DNA of 62,817 bases, filler included, from a candidate division TA06 bacterium SM23_40 (GTDB lineage Bacteria; LJUI01; SM1-40), in NCBI GenBank assembly GCA_001303705.1. It is 6 parts of 6 records of this genome, joined end to end, with 100 filler letters (N's around TTAATTAATTAA, not from the genome) between each part and the next. Parts side by side here need not be neighbours in the genome. Positions count along the whole stretch, not along the records: positions 25,402 to 34,167 come from LJUI01000104.1; positions 34,268 to 42,986 come from LJUI01000105.1; 4 more parts are not named here. One strand, written 5' to 3'. This document shows positions 28,633 to 39,408 of this stretch, in pieces. The notes under the pieces were generated by a model that saw only the letters and a list, made by a program, of their open reading frames with translations, ran no database searches and was not told where the DNA came from. Numbering within the stretch: the stretch's first letter is position 1; each line of letters begins with the position of its first letter. The translations under genes and the position numbers were made by a program.

Positions 28633-29225
28633 GCACCATATGGAGAAGATCTCTTCGTCCCCTTACCAACTTCTCCATGCGCATGTCCCTGCCGCCCAAT
28701 TTGCTCACGGCCTGCGGTCTGGTAGCTAGCATCTTCAGTGCTCTGGCTTTCAGGATAGGTGAGTTCCGAGTCGGGGCCATCGTTCTCCTCATCTCGGGCC
28801 TCTTCGACTCGCTCGACGGCGAAGTGGCTCGTCAGACGCATGGAGAAACAAAGTTTGGCGCGTTCCTCGACTCGACGGTAGACCGATATTCGGAATCAGT
28901 AGTTTTCCTCGGTATCGCATGGTACTATCTGCCCGGGCCGCAAGTGCTCATCATCATAGCTGCCCTCGTGGGGAGTTACATGGTGAGCTACGCGCGGGCC
29001 CGTTCTGAAGGAATCGGATACGAGTGCCGAACCGGCCTGATGGAGCGCCCAGAACGAATGCTGCTCCTCGTCTGTGGCGGTCTACTGGGAGAGCGGTTCT
29101 TCTTGGGATTCGTCATCGCCGTCGCAGTTCTCACGCATTTGACGGCTCTACACCGCATCTATTACGTGTGGCGCCAGACGAGAGACACCGCCGGTTCCGG
29201 AGAGCATGGTCAAGGCAGTACGTAG
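28614..29225 (+). CDS. CDP-alcohol phosphatidyltransferase, phosphatidylinositol-phosphate synthase-like
   Basis: PNLLT, DSLDGEVAR..TKFGAFLDSTVDR, VSYARARSEG, GLMERPER. Confidence 0.85.
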   Translation: MLSRRVSTIWRRSLRPLTNFSMRMSLPPNLLTACGLVASIFSALAFRIGEFRVGAIVLLISGLFDSLDGEVARQTHGETKFGAFLDSTVDRYSESVVFLGIAWYYLPGPQVLIIIAALVGSYMVSYARARSEGIGYECRTGLMERPERMLLLVCGGLLGERFFLGFVIAVAVLTHLTALHRIYYVWRQTRDTAGSGEHGQGST

Positions 29226-29296
29226 AGTCGACCTTACACCGACAGAACCGGCCACCGTCATAGAGACAAGACAATACCAGGAGAGGGGGGTCCAGG

Positions 29297-30466
29297 ATGC
29301 CCAAGGTGAGAGTCGGCATCATCGGCGTCGGAAATTGTGCCTCAGCCCTGATCCAGGGCGTGTACTACTACAGACGGGCGCCAGCTGACGAGAGCATCCC
29401 GGGGCTGATGCACGTCAATCTCGGTGGCTACCACGTCGGCGACATTGAGTTTTCCTGTGCCTTCGACATCGACAAGAACAAGGTCGGCAAGGACCTCGCC
29501 GAGGCGATCGTCACCACGCCCAACAACACCTACACCTTTGCCAATGTGCCGAAGATGGGCATCAAGGTGCTCCGGGGCATGACGCACGACGGGCTTGGCC
29601 ATTACCTGTCGCAGATCATCACCAAGGCACCTGGCTCCACCGTGGATATCGTGCAGGTACTCAAGGAATCGAAGACCGACGTGGTCATCAACTTCCTCCC
29701 CGTGGGTAGTGAGGAAGCAACGAAGTGGTACGTCGAACAGGTGCTCAAGGCCGGCTGTGGTTTCATTAACTGTATTCCGGTCTTCATCGCCAGGGAGCAG
29801 TATTGGCGGCGTCGATTCAGCAAGGCCGGCCTCCCTGTCATCGGGGACGATATCAAGTCCCAGGTCGGCGCCACGATTCTCCACCGCGTCCTGACGAACC
29901 TGTTCATCAACAGGGGGGTGCGGCTCGAACGGACAAGCCAGCTCAATGTCGGGGGCAACACCGATTTCCTCAACATGCTCGAGCGATCGAGACTCGAATC
30001 GAAGAAGATATCGAAAACGAGTGCCGTGACCTCTCAGCTTCCCTATGATATCGGGGAGTCGAATATCCACATCGGCCCCTCGGACTACGTCGCCTGGCTC
30101 CTCGACCGCAAGTGGGCCTATATTCGCCTCGAGGGAAAATCGTTCGGCGATGTTCCGCTCAACATCGAGATGAAACTGGAGGTGTGGGACTCCCCTAACT
30201 CCGCCGGCGTGGTCATCGATGCCATCCGATGTTGCAAACTCGCGCTCGATCATGGGCTCAGCGGGGGACTCAAGGAGCCTTCGAGTTACTTCATGAAGTC
30301 GCCTCCAGTCCAGTATACCGACGAAGAGGCCCGTCTCAAGGTAGAGCAGTACATTTCCCGGTACCGAACGAAGCCATCCAGAAAGAAGACAACCCGGGCG
30401 GCGACGAAACCGAAGACTGCAAAGGGAAAGAGGCGAGCACGCGCCGGAGGCAAAAAGAGGCGATGA
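29297..30466 (+). CDS. ino1: myo-inositol-1-phosphate synthase
   Basis: [46 protein letters not shown]. Confidence 0.95.
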   Translation: MPKVRVGIIGVGNCASALIQGVYYYRRAPADESIPGLMHVNLGGYHVGDIEFSCAFDIDKNKVGKDLAEAIVTTPNNTYTFANVPKMGIKVLRGMTHDGLGHYLSQIITKAPGSTVDIVQVLKESKTDVVINFLPVGSEEATKWYVEQVLKAGCGFINCIPVFIAREQYWRRRFSKAGLPVIGDDIKSQVGATILHRVLTNLFINRGVRLERTSQLNVGGNTDFLNMLERSRLESKKISKTSAVTSQLPYDIGESNIHIGPSDYVAWLLDRKWAYIRLEGKSFGDVPLNIEMKLEVWDSPNSAGVVIDAIRCCKLALDHGLSGGLKEPSSYFMKSPPVQYTDEEARLKVEQYISRYRTKPSRKKTTRAATKPKTAKGKRRARAGGKKRR

Positions 30467-31131
30467 GCGGTTCTCGACTGCCGAGAGGGGCACTGATCAC
30501 ATTTGAGGGAGGCGATTGGAGCGGGAAGACGACCCAGGCGCGCAGACTGGTAGAGTGGCTGGAGAAGGCCGACATTCCCTGCGTCTTCTCGAGAGAGCCC
30601 GGGGGCACGGAGATCGGTGAAGAAATCCGCACCATTCTCCTCAATCCAGATCACGCGCCAATGTCCCCCAAGACAGAGCTCTTCCTGTACATGGCCAACA
30701 GGGCACAGCACACTTCTCAACTCATCATTCCTGCCCTCGATGCGGGCTCGATCGTCGTCTGCGAACGCTTCTCTGATGCCACGTTCGCATATCAGGGGGC
30801 AGGTAGAGGAATCGACAAAAACGTTATCGAACCGATTAACACCATCGCCACCTCCGGCATCGTCCCCGACCTGACGATTATCATCGACGTGCCGCCGGAC
30901 GAGAGCACGGAGCGGGCAACGCACGCCGGGAGAGGCGAGGATCGAATCGAACGAGAAGGTCTCACATTTCAGAAGAAGGTGCGGCAGGAGTATCTCCGGA
31001 TTGCACAACAAGATCCGGAACGAGTCAAAATCGTCGATGGTGCAAAAGAGATCGATCATATAGCGCAAGAGATCATCGGCATAGTTGAGCAATTCCTTCG
31101 CGACCGGGGGTTCCTACCGGATACAGATTAA
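30463..31131 (+). CDS. tmk: thymidylate kinase
   Basis: [40 protein letters not shown] overlap with ino1. Confidence 0.93.
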   Translation: MSGSRLPRGALITFEGGDWSGKTTQARRLVEWLEKADIPCVFSREPGGTEIGEEIRTILLNPDHAPMSPKTELFLYMANRAQHTSQLIIPALDAGSIVVCERFSDATFAYQGAGRGIDKNVIEPINTIATSGIVPDLTIIIDVPPDESTERATHAGRGEDRIEREGLTFQKKVRQEYLRIAQQDPERVKIVDGAKEIDHIAQEIIGIVEQFLRDRGFLPDTD

Positions 31132-31264
31132 ATATCTATCGACCTCACGTTGATTCACCACTGCGTTCGAGACATGTCCGTACTGGCGATAGCCTGCAGC
31201 GGGAAGCCGCGGCTCCATTTCGCTCGCAGCCGCCCGCCGGCCATATCAGGAAGGGAGAAGAAAG

Positions 31265-32845
31265 ATGAGGGGTCGTACACTACCGGTGGTGGGGATACTT
31301 GCCCTTGTTGCCACCTTGCTCCTCGGCTGGTCGCTGATCACGCCGGGACACGGAGCGAGAGATGAGATCTATTACGATCTCACCCTCTTCAGCGAAGTGC
31401 TTTCGAACATCAAGACCAAACACGTCGAGCAGATCGACTCGCGGCAACTGATCAGAGCCGCCATCGCCGGCATGCTCGACGAACTGGATCCCCACACCCA
31501 ATTCCTCGATCCGGAGGAGTACAGAGAACTCCAGATCGGGACTGAGGGCAGCTTCGGCGGGCTCGGAATAACGATCGGCATCAGGAATGATGTTCTTACG
31601 GTCATTTCTCCCATCGAGGGGACACCTGCCTATTCCATGGGCATTCAGCCGGGGGATCAGATCATCGAGATCGAAGGAGTCTCCACAGATGGCCTGGCAC
31701 TGCGAGATGCGGTGCGCCAGCTACGCGGCCCGGCCGGGACCAGGGTTACGATCACCATAAGGCGTGAGGGTGTGGACACGCCGTTCGACATCACGATCAC
31801 CCGGGCGACGATCAACATCGAGAGCGTGCCGTACCATGCCATGCTCACCGCTGATATCGGGTACGCACGTCTCGCAACATTTTCTAGGCAATCGAGCAGA
31901 GAACTCGAAAACGCCATATCGGAACTCAAAGCGCAGGGAGCCCGGGGATTGGTACTCGATCTCCGGAACAACTCCGGCGGGATGCTGCGGGGAGCAGTCG
32001 ATATCGCGGATACCTTCCTCGACAAAGATGAACTTATCGTCTCTACCAAGGGTCGCACAAGAGAGTCGAATCAGAAGTTCATGGCCAGATCGGATAGCGA
32101 ATATGGTGATTTGCTCCTCGCCGTAGTTGTCAACGGCGGCAGCGCCAGCGCATCTGAGATCGTGGCCGGCGCGATCCAGGATTGGGACAGAGGCCTAGTT
32201 GTGGGGACACGCACCTTCGGCAAGGGATCAGTCCAGTCCGTGATCCCGCTCAGTCACGAGAGTGCGCTCAAGCTCACGACAGCCAAATACCATACGCCAT
32301 CGGGAAGGTGCATTGACGACGCCGAACGTCTATCAGAAGAGGAAGACGAGGGCGCAGCGCAAGCCGAGTCCATTGCCGTCGATACGACCGAGACCTTCCA
32401 TACTGTAGGTGGGTTGGAGCGTGTGGTCTACGGCGGAGGCGGAATCACACCTGATGTCATCGTTCGGTTCCCCGATCTGCCAATGATCGTGCAGGACTTC
32501 CTGCGCCACTCGGCTTTCTTCGAGTTTGCCGTCAAATATACGGCTGCCCATAGGGACATCGATCGTGGATTCAGAGTAGACCGAGGTATGGTGAGCGAGT
32601 TTAAAGCATTCCTCGCTGAGAAAGAATATACCTTCGAAGAATCCAAGTTCGCTGAGCATCTCGACCTCATCAAGCAGGAGATCGAACGCAACATCGCGAA
32701 TGACCTCTGGGGGACGGAGGGCTGGTATGACGTCGCCCTCAAGGATGACGTCCAGGTCCAGAAGGCCATCGAACTCCTTTCGAAGGTAGGCGATACCGGA
32801 GCGCTGCTCGCACTCGCTCAGAGCCAAATAGGAAGCGATGACTGA
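31265..32845 (+). CDS. ctpA: S41 carboxyl-terminal processing protease with PDZ domain
   Basis: LDPHT, FGGLGI, LDLRNNSGG, SASASEIVAGAIQD, TFGKGSVQ, GGITPD. Confidence 0.92.
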   Translation: MRGRTLPVVGILALVATLLLGWSLITPGHGARDEIYYDLTLFSEVLSNIKTKHVEQIDSRQLIRAAIAGMLDELDPHTQFLDPEEYRELQIGTEGSFGGLGITIGIRNDVLTVISPIEGTPAYSMGIQPGDQIIEIEGVSTDGLALRDAVRQLRGPAGTRVTITIRREGVDTPFDITITRATINIESVPYHAMLTADIGYARLATFSRQSSRELENAISELKAQGARGLVLDLRNNSGGMLRGAVDIADTFLDKDELIVSTKGRTRESNQKFMARSDSEYGDLLLAVVVNGGSASASEIVAGAIQDWDRGLVVGTRTFGKGSVQSVIPLSHESALKLTTAKYHTPSGRCIDDAERLSEEEDEGAAQAESIAVDTTETFHTVGGLERVVYGGGGITPDVIVRFPDLPMIVQDFLRHSAFFEFAVKYTAAHRDIDRGFRVDRGMVSEFKAFLAEKEYTFEESKFAEHLDLIKQEIERNIANDLWGTEGWYDVALKDDVQVQKAIELLSKVGDTGALLALAQSQIGSDD

Positions 32846-32875
32846 GCATCTGTCGATAGAGGAGGAGCCGCGGAC

Positions 32876-33754
32876 GTGTCACCCGAGAAAGTCACAATAC
32901 CTGAACTGGCGAAGATGAAGAAACGGGGTGAGAAGATCACCCTGCTGACCGCCTACGACTATCCCATGGCCCGCCTCGTCGACAGGGCAGGGATCGACAT
33001 GATCCTCGTGGGGGACAGCCTCGCCATGACAGTCCTCGGACATGAATCGACCCTCCCGGTTACCATGGACGAAATGATCAGCCATGCCAGGGCGGTGACA
33101 AGGGCCGTGGAGCGGACATTCGTCGTGGGAGACATGCCGTATCTCTCTTACCAGGTTTCGGACGAAGAAGCCATCCGGAACGCAGGCCGGTTCATGCAGG
33201 AGGCCCTCACCGACGCAGTCAAGGTTGAAGGAGGGGAACAGATGCTCGATCGGATACGGGCCATCATCCGGGCGGGCATACCGGTAATGGGCCATCTCGG
33301 CCTCACCCCGCAATCCCTCAGCCTGCTCGGCGGGTACCGTGTGCAGGGGAAGACCGCCCGCGCGGCCAAGCGGCTCCTGGACGAGGCCAAGATGCTCGAA
33401 GATGCGGGCGTCTTCTGCATCGTCCTCGAGTGTGTCCCGAGTGAGGTTGGCAAACTCGTAACTGACTCCGTGACGATCCCGACACTCGGCGTGGGGGCCG
33501 GACCGCACTGCGACGGACAGATACTCGTTATGCACGATATGCTGGGCCTGTTCGAGTTCTTCGCCCCGAAATTCGCCAAGCGCTATGTCGATCTGGCCGA
33601 GACGGTCACCGAGGCATTTCAGGAATTCAGACGAGATGTCAAAGAAGACAGATTCCCCGGACCAGAGCACTGCTACACGATGAAACAGGAGGAGCGTGAG
33701 AGACTATCCGCCGATCTGCCCCCTAAGACTGCACGAGTCAAAACTGATCCTTGA
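32876..33754 (+). CDS. panB: 3-methyl-2-oxobutanoate hydroxymethyltransferase
   Basis: LTAYDY, ILVGDSL, AVKVEGG, GHLGLTPQS, DGQILVMHDMLG. Confidence 0.95.
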   Translation: MSPEKVTIPELAKMKKRGEKITLLTAYDYPMARLVDRAGIDMILVGDSLAMTVLGHESTLPVTMDEMISHARAVTRAVERTFVVGDMPYLSYQVSDEEAIRNAGRFMQEALTDAVKVEGGEQMLDRIRAIIRAGIPVMGHLGLTPQSLSLLGGYRVQGKTARAAKRLLDEAKMLEDAGVFCIVLECVPSEVGKLVTDSVTIPTLGVGAGPHCDGQILVMHDMLGLFEFFAPKFAKRYVDLAETVTEAFQEFRRDVKEDRFPGPEHCYTMKQEERERLSADLPPKTARVKTDP

Positions 33755-33779
33755 CACCCATTGAGCGTTGTGCTACGAT
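33751..33779 (+). promoter_or_regulatory. sigma70-type promoter
   Basis: TTGACA-17 bp-TACGAT with extended TGn. Confidence 0.55.
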
Positions 33780-33930
33780 CCAACATGTGGGTCCCCGGGC
33801 ACGAGCGGCAACATATCCGGTCCGCAACCCGGGGTCTCTTTTCTCCCACAATCGCCGCCGATCTTCGATCACTTCGCTACCATCAGGAGCAGCAACGGCT
33901 TACCGTCATGGACCACAAGGAGCGAACGAA

Positions 33931-34167
33931 ATGAAACCCCACGTGCATCTCTGCCTTGTCCTTGTCAGCCTCGCCGTCCTCATCTCAGGGACTCGTCTCC
34001 CCGCCCATGGCGCCTATCGCGCTGAAACGGCCCCGCACTCCGAGCTCACCCGTTCCGTCGTGCCGCAACAGCAGATCCTCGACCAGGCAGCGGACTATCT
34101 CGCCGTGTGCGCACGGGTGAACCAGGCACGCCTCGAAGAGAAGCCAGACGCCATCATCGCCAGGGAA
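33931..34167 (+). CDS. secreted protein, N-terminal fragment
   Basis: AAGGAG RBS; signal peptide MKPHVHLCLVLVSLAVLISG...AHG; runs into gap. Confidence 0.55.
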
Positions 34168-34267
34168 NNNNNNNNNNNNNNNNNNNNNNNNNNNNNNNNN
34201 NNNNNNNNNNNTTAATTAATTAANNNNNNNNNNNNNNNNNNNNNNNNNNNNNNNNNNNNNNNNNNNN
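34168..34267. other. artificial contig spacer
   Basis: N-run + TTAATTAATTAA + N-run. Confidence 0.98.
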
Positions 34268-34718
34268 ACCGTTTCGTGAGACGGGGGATCTCACCCGCAG
34301 TCTCGTACTTGAGAAAGCGCTTCCCCATCCGGAGATGTTCGGGATTGGGGAACCCATACGTGAAATCGTACGCCTCGGTGTAGTAGGCCTCCGCCACCCT
34401 GGCTGTGCGAAGAAAGGTCCCGGCCTTCTTCAGGCCCCGCCGGAAGTCGGCCCGGACGGCGAAATCGAACGTGAGGAGTCCCATCTCCTGCCCGTCCCTC
34501 ACCTTGGTCCTGGAAAGGAGCCCACCCACATGACTGATGATCTGCTCACCCCTGACGCCGAGGACGATTGCATCCTTGTCAAACCCAGATGGGTTCTCCT
34601 TGTTCTTCCACAACCACTGTTCGGGCGTGCGCGACTGGGAGAAGACCTCGTTCATGACATCCGTGATCTGGATCTCGTCCCCATCCTCATAGCGCCTGAC
34701 GGCATACTCCTCAGCCAT
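34268..34718 (-). CDS. GNAT family N-acetyltransferase (3' truncated)
   Basis: WLWKNKENPSG, DFAVRADFRRG, FTYGFPN, typical of glycan-locus GNATs. Confidence 0.8.
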
Positions 34719-35910
34719 CTCCTTGTCCTCTCGATTGAGGTGGACGTCCGGACACAGTTCGCTTTTTGATCGACCCGACAAGTACATCTCCCGTGCAACC
34801 CTCTCGGTCCAGAGGCACTACTCTCCAGTAGTAGGTGTCATCGGGCCAGCCGCATAAGAAGAAATCCGGCAGTCGAAGGTAGGTTCGATCTGTTCTCGTC
34901 AAACCCTTGATCATGAAATGAGGCGAATCGGATATCTCAATCAGATACCCCTCGACACCCTCCATCTCGGGCCAGACGATTACGGGATCGCCTTCGATAC
35001 GGCCATCGACGATTTCGATCGTACGCTCATCGACGATCTTGGGCCTCCTGCGGGGACTCCTTCCGAAGATTTGTCCGATCCGGATAAGGACGCCATCGAG
35101 ACGGAGTATGATGCGCAGCGCGCCGGATCTCAGCACCCCGAAGTGTTTCCTGAGATAGTACCTCATGCTCCGAAGCAATAGCCGTGATGCTTCTGCGCGA
35201 TCAGGTGTGCTCTTCAAAGAATGATGGACCACCTCGGCAGATGCCAGAAAATAGAGCCGCCAGCCTGCCCGACGCATGCGAAGGCTCCAGTCGGTGTCCT
35301 CGAAGTAGAGGAAGAAGTTCTCGTCGAGCAGTCCGATATGATCGATCGTGTCCCGACGGACTGACAGGCAGTGTCCGACAAGCGAATCTACTTCGCAGAA
35401 CTCCTCCGATAGGAATGTTCTCCAATCAGACCTCCACCGGCGACGGAAAATCGAGTTATGGGGAAAGATGCTCCCCAATACGGTGAACTGCCAGATAGCC
35501 AACGCCGGTGTGAATGTGTAGGCTGCCCAGAGCTGGAACATCTTCTGCCGGTCGGTCCACGTTCGTATCCCGACCGCTCCTGCCTCGGGGTGTTCATCAA
35601 GGAACGTGACCACCCGGTCGAGGGCACCGGGAAGGATCTCTGTATCGGAGTTGAGCAACATGATATGACGACCACAACTCGGTACTATCGCCTGATTGTT
35701 GGCCCTCGCGAATCCGACATTCTCTCGGTTCTCGATCAGCGTTACCTGAGGGAAATCAGACCTCACCATTTCGGGGCTGCCGTCGACAGAGGCATTATCA
35801 ACGACAAGGACCTCGAACTGACACGCATGCTCGCATCCGTAGATCGACTCGAGGCATTTGTGCAGATAATCTCTGGTGTTGTAGCTTATGACTATGATCG
35901 AGATGTCCAT
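34711..35910 (-). CDS. GT2 glycosyltransferase with C-terminal extra domain
   Basis: VVDNASVDGS, NVGFARANNQA, LLNSD, LDENFFLYFEDTDW. Confidence 0.92.
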   Translation of the reverse strand: MDISIIVISYNTRDYLHKCLESIYGCEHACQFEVLVVDNASVDGSPEMVRSDFPQVTLIENRENVGFARANNQAIVPSCGRHIMLLNSDTEILPGALDRVVTFLDEHPEAGAVGIRTWTDRQKMFQLWAAYTFTPALAIWQFTVLGSIFPHNSIFRRRWRSDWRTFLSEEFCEVDSLVGHCLSVRRDTIDHIGLLDENFFLYFEDTDWSLRMRRAGWRLYFLASAEVVHHSLKSTPDRAEASRLLLRSMRYYLRKHFGVLRSGALRIILRLDGVLIRIGQIFGRSPRRRPKIVDERTIEIVDGRIEGDPVIVWPEMEGVEGYLIEISDSPHFMIKGLTRTDRTYLRLPDFFLCGWPDDTYYWRVVPLDREGCTGDVLVGSIKKRTVSGRPPQSRGQGDG

Positions 35911-35976
35911 TTGCCTGACCCGTACATGCTATTTTCACTCTCGACGCCGGGCTCGCTCACCCTGCTCACCATGTTG

Positions 35977-37674
35977 TCAGCCCACGTAGCCCAGGCCCTT
36001 CAGCCGCTTCCTCACTGCGGCCTCCTCATCTTCGCTGAACACCTGTTCGTCCTCTCTCGCCGACGGCGCCACATCGGGACGTGACCGCTCCACTGGATAC
36101 CGCGAGAGATATTCAGGAGAGACCGCCTCGGTCAGGACTCGGCCATCCATATCCTCGGGGATCGGTACGCCGGCGAGGTAGAGCAGCGTTGGTGCTACGT
36201 CGGTCATGTCGCTCTTCTTCATTTTGATTCCCTGCCGGATGGTCGGGCCGCAGAGCAGGAGAATGCCGTCCAATCGATGCGTGCCGGTATGCCATCGCTC
36301 GACCTCTACCACCCGCGAGCCATGGATAAATTCATTTGCCTTGTATTCGTACCCTCGCATCATGAATGTAATGTCCGGAGCCTCATCGGTGTACTCACCA
36401 TGATACAGATCACCCGGCCTCCACACCTGATCGACCAGCTTCCCTCCATCGTCCGGATCACGCAGTTGATGTAATTCGGCCTCGAGTACCGCACGCAGTT
36501 CCTCGTACTCCTGTCCCGGCTCTACAATCCCCAGCGGCTCGCGCCCGCGGACGTTGAGGAAGATGCCCTGTTCAGATCGGTGGCCTGCGAACGCCCTCGT
36601 ACGCGACCAGTCGATCACGGCGGAAATAGAGAGCCCCATCCGACCATCCACAACTCTGCGGTCTGCGTTAATCTGGCGCAGCACAATGGGATCAAGATAG
36701 GGTACGCCGAGCTTCCGCAGCCAGCCGTACGCAGGGAAAGGAAGGCGCCACTTCACAAGCGGCGCGGCCTTCTTCTTCACCTTCAGCAATCCGAGGTCCC
36801 GCAACCACTGGTTCAGAGAGACCGCCTTCGTGTTGGGCCCGAATCCGTGATCGGATACGACGATTACGTTTGTCTCGCTGCCCATGCGCTCGATGAGATC
36901 CCCCATGAGCCGATCAGTCGCTTCATATACTTCATGTATGGCCTCACCGTACTTATCGCGCAACACTGGATCGTGGGCCGGATGGCTCTCATCCATGTAC
37001 TTCCAGAAGAAGTGTTGCACCGGATCGGTCATGATCACGGTCACGACGAGAACATCCAGCTCGTGCCGTTCCATCAATACGGAAGCAGCTCGTCTCGTTG
37101 CCTCGACTCCCCTCTTGAGTGCAGCGAGAAACTCGTCTTTCTCGTCCGTGAACCAGTAGCGAAGATAATCAATCCCCTGAAAGAACTCGGGGACCTCCCG
37201 CGCCAACAGAGACGCGAGCTCGGGAGGGTGACTGAATACACGGTCCTTGGGGACGAAACCAGGGGGTTGGGGGACGACGAATCCATTCACCTCCTCCGGA
37301 GGATAGGTGAATGGAAGGTTCAGGATCCCGACTCTCCGCCCGGCTCGGCTCAATAGGTTCCACGCGGTCCGAGCCTTGATCGATGCAGCACTGAGCACCT
37401 TCCGTTCGTACCCCGCCGAGGGCGAGCTCACAAACCCAAACACGCCATGCTTTCCCGGATTTTTCCCCGTCTGAAAAGAAACCCAGGAGGGAGCTGTCAC
37501 CGGGGGAACGGTGGATCGCAGCTCACCCCACGATCCTTCCCGCATGAGCCGGGCAAAGGTTGGGAGGCGGCCCGCATCGGCGAGGGGGCGGATAAGACTG
37601 AATGTCCCGCCGTCCACGCCTATCACCAACGTCTTGATGGTCGTCCCGCTCGCCATCGTAGCCTGCCTCCTCAT
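35977..37674 (-). CDS. AlkP superfamily phosphodiesterase/NPP-like protein (COG3379-like)
   Basis: VIGVDG, STVPPVTAPSW.SFQTGKNPGKHG, D..QH, VSDHGF, H..DG, RLKGLGY. Confidence 0.9.
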   Translation of the reverse strand: MRRQATMASGTTIKTLVIGVDGGTFSLIRPLADAGRLPTFARLMREGSWGELRSTVPPVTAPSWVSFQTGKNPGKHGVFGFVSSPSAGYERKVLSAASIKARTAWNLLSRAGRRVGILNLPFTYPPEEVNGFVVPQPPGFVPKDRVFSHPPELASLLAREVPEFFQGIDYLRYWFTDEKDEFLAALKRGVEATRRAASVLMERHELDVLVVTVIMTDPVQHFFWKYMDESHPAHDPVLRDKYGEAIHEVYEATDRLMGDLIERMGSETNVIVVSDHGFGPNTKAVSLNQWLRDLGLLKVKKKAAPLVKWRLPFPAYGWLRKLGVPYLDPIVLRQINADRRVVDGRMGLSISAVIDWSRTRAFAGHRSEQGIFLNVRGREPLGIVEPGQEYEELRAVLEAELHQLRDPDDGGKLVDQVWRPGDLYHGEYTDEAPDITFMMRGYEYKANEFIHGSRVVEVERWHTGTHRLDGILLLCGPTIRQGIKMKKSDMTDVAPTLLYLAGVPIPEDMDGRVLTEAVSPEYLSRYPVERSRPDVAPSAREDEQVFSEDEEAAVRKRLKGLGYVG

Positions 37675-37700
37675 CCTCTCTTTCTACTACACCGTTTGCC

Positions 37701-39398
37701 CTAGTCGATATACCCGATCGCCCGAAGATGGTCTTTGACTTGCTCCTCCTCCTCACTCGAAAACGAACGTTCCGGTGCGGCACGAGTCTCTTCGGGAGGT
37801 TCGACGAACTCCGGCTCATGCGACTGCACAAACTCGTCCTCAATCGCCGACACCAGTATCTTCCCGTCCATATCCTTCGGCACAGGAATACCGAGGAGAT
37901 AGAGGACAGTAGGTGCAAGGTCGATGATCGAGGCACCCGTTATCGCTGTCCCTCGCTTCACGGGACCCCCCGACATCGCTAGAATCCCTTCGAGCGTATG
38001 GAGGGCAGGGGTCCCGGTAGGAGGATTCTCGAACAGATCATTTCCATCAAGCTCTCCACGAGGATGGTAGCTCATCTTCCTCGTGGTAAAGGTTATGTCA
38101 GGGGCTTCCACCAACAGCGGCCCGCGGTAGATCTCCTCAGGGCGATATGCGCCCTCGATTATCGGCTCGCCGGTCACAGGATCCCTGAGCTCCTTCAGTC
38201 GATCGATCACGCTCTGCCGCGCCGACTCGAATTCGTGCCCGGGCTCGACACACCCCTTCGGCTCCCTCCCTCGCTGGTTGATCGAAATCGTTTCCTCCCC
38301 TCCCTCGAAGCTGGAAAAAGCCCTGGTCCGGGACCAATCGACGCGCTCTTCCGGGCGACAGGGCCGGAACACCGGGATACCAACGGGCAGGCCCCTCAGC
38401 AGGCGCGGCAGGAACCTGCTGATGCTGCGGAAGGGACTCCTTTGTACGATCCTCCCGAGGCTCGTCTTTCGGTACGAAAGCCGACGCCTCGCTCCGAGCC
38501 CGCGCTTCAGCTTCAACAGCCCCTCGTCTATGAGCCATCGGTTGACATAGAAATGTTTGTCGATGGGCCCGAATCCGTGATCGGAGAGGATGACGACCGT
38601 TGTCTCGTCGCCAACGCGCGCCAGCATCTTCCCGATGATCCCATCGACCAGCTCATAACACTGGGAGATCACGTCGCCGAGCTTGCCTGCCCACTCCCCG
38701 CCCTGCCGCTCATAATCGTCACGCCACATCCTGCCGGCCTGGTGCTGCAGCCGATCCGTGGCCGTAAAGACCGCCACGAACAGGTCCCATGGATAGCGAT
38801 CCATCAGATAGAGGACTGCCTCCCCCCTCTTCCGCTCGGTGAAGAAGAGCTGATCGAGAGTATTGAGAGCGGTGTCGCGCTTGAACGTGGCCATGATGTC
38901 ATGAAACAGCGGCAGCGTCCCAACCTCGAAGATCAACTCGAGATGCAACGCCGACGGATACGTGAAGACGCTCTCCTGGCTGGGGGTCAACAAGCCGGAG
39001 ACCATCACGCCATTAATGGCCCTCGGCGGGTAGGTCACCGGCACATTGAAGACGTTGACCCGGTTGCCTGCGGCACTGACGATATCCCACAGTGTCTGGC
39101 TGCGCACCCAGTCGGCGTTGATGAGCGGCCTCTCGTAACTGCCGTTCATGCGACGACGAAAGAAGTACACGCCATGCTTCCCGGGGTTCTTTCCGGTCAT
39201 GAATGAGGTCCAGGCAGTCGAGCTCGAAGGGGGGATCGTCGAAAGAAGATCGCCGCGGACCCCCCGTTCGATCAACCGGCCGATGTTTGGGAGCCTCCCT
39301 TCGCACAGAAGCGGGTCGATTACGCGGAACGTACCGCCGTCGATCCCGATGACCAGAACCCTGCGGGCGGCGGAATCTTGTCTTGCCGGACCGTTCAT
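37701..39398 (-). CDS. AlkP superfamily phosphodiesterase/NPP-like protein (COG3379-like)
   Basis: VIGIDG, STIPPSSSTAW.SFMTGKNPGKHG, DRLQH, LSDHGF, HLRAIGYID. Confidence 0.9.
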   Translation of the reverse strand: MNGPARQDSAARRVLVIGIDGGTFRVIDPLLCEGRLPNIGRLIERGVRGDLLSTIPPSSSTAWTSFMTGKNPGKHGVYFFRRRMNGSYERPLINADWVRSQTLWDIVSAAGNRVNVFNVPVTYPPRAINGVMVSGLLTPSQESVFTYPSALHLELIFEVGTLPLFHDIMATFKRDTALNTLDQLFFTERKRGEAVLYLMDRYPWDLFVAVFTATDRLQHQAGRMWRDDYERQGGEWAGKLGDVISQCYELVDGIIGKMLARVGDETTVVILSDHGFGPIDKHFYVNRWLIDEGLLKLKRGLGARRRLSYRKTSLGRIVQRSPFRSISRFLPRLLRGLPVGIPVFRPCRPEERVDWSRTRAFSSFEGGEETISINQRGREPKGCVEPGHEFESARQSVIDRLKELRDPVTGEPIIEGAYRPEEIYRGPLLVEAPDITFTTRKMSYHPRGELDGNDLFENPPTGTPALHTLEGILAMSGGPVKRGTAITGASIIDLAPTVLYLLGIPVPKDMDGKILVSAIEDEFVQSHEPEFVEPPEETRAAPERSFSSEEEEQVKDHLRAIGYID

Positions 39399-39408
39399 AC
39401 GCTGCAGC

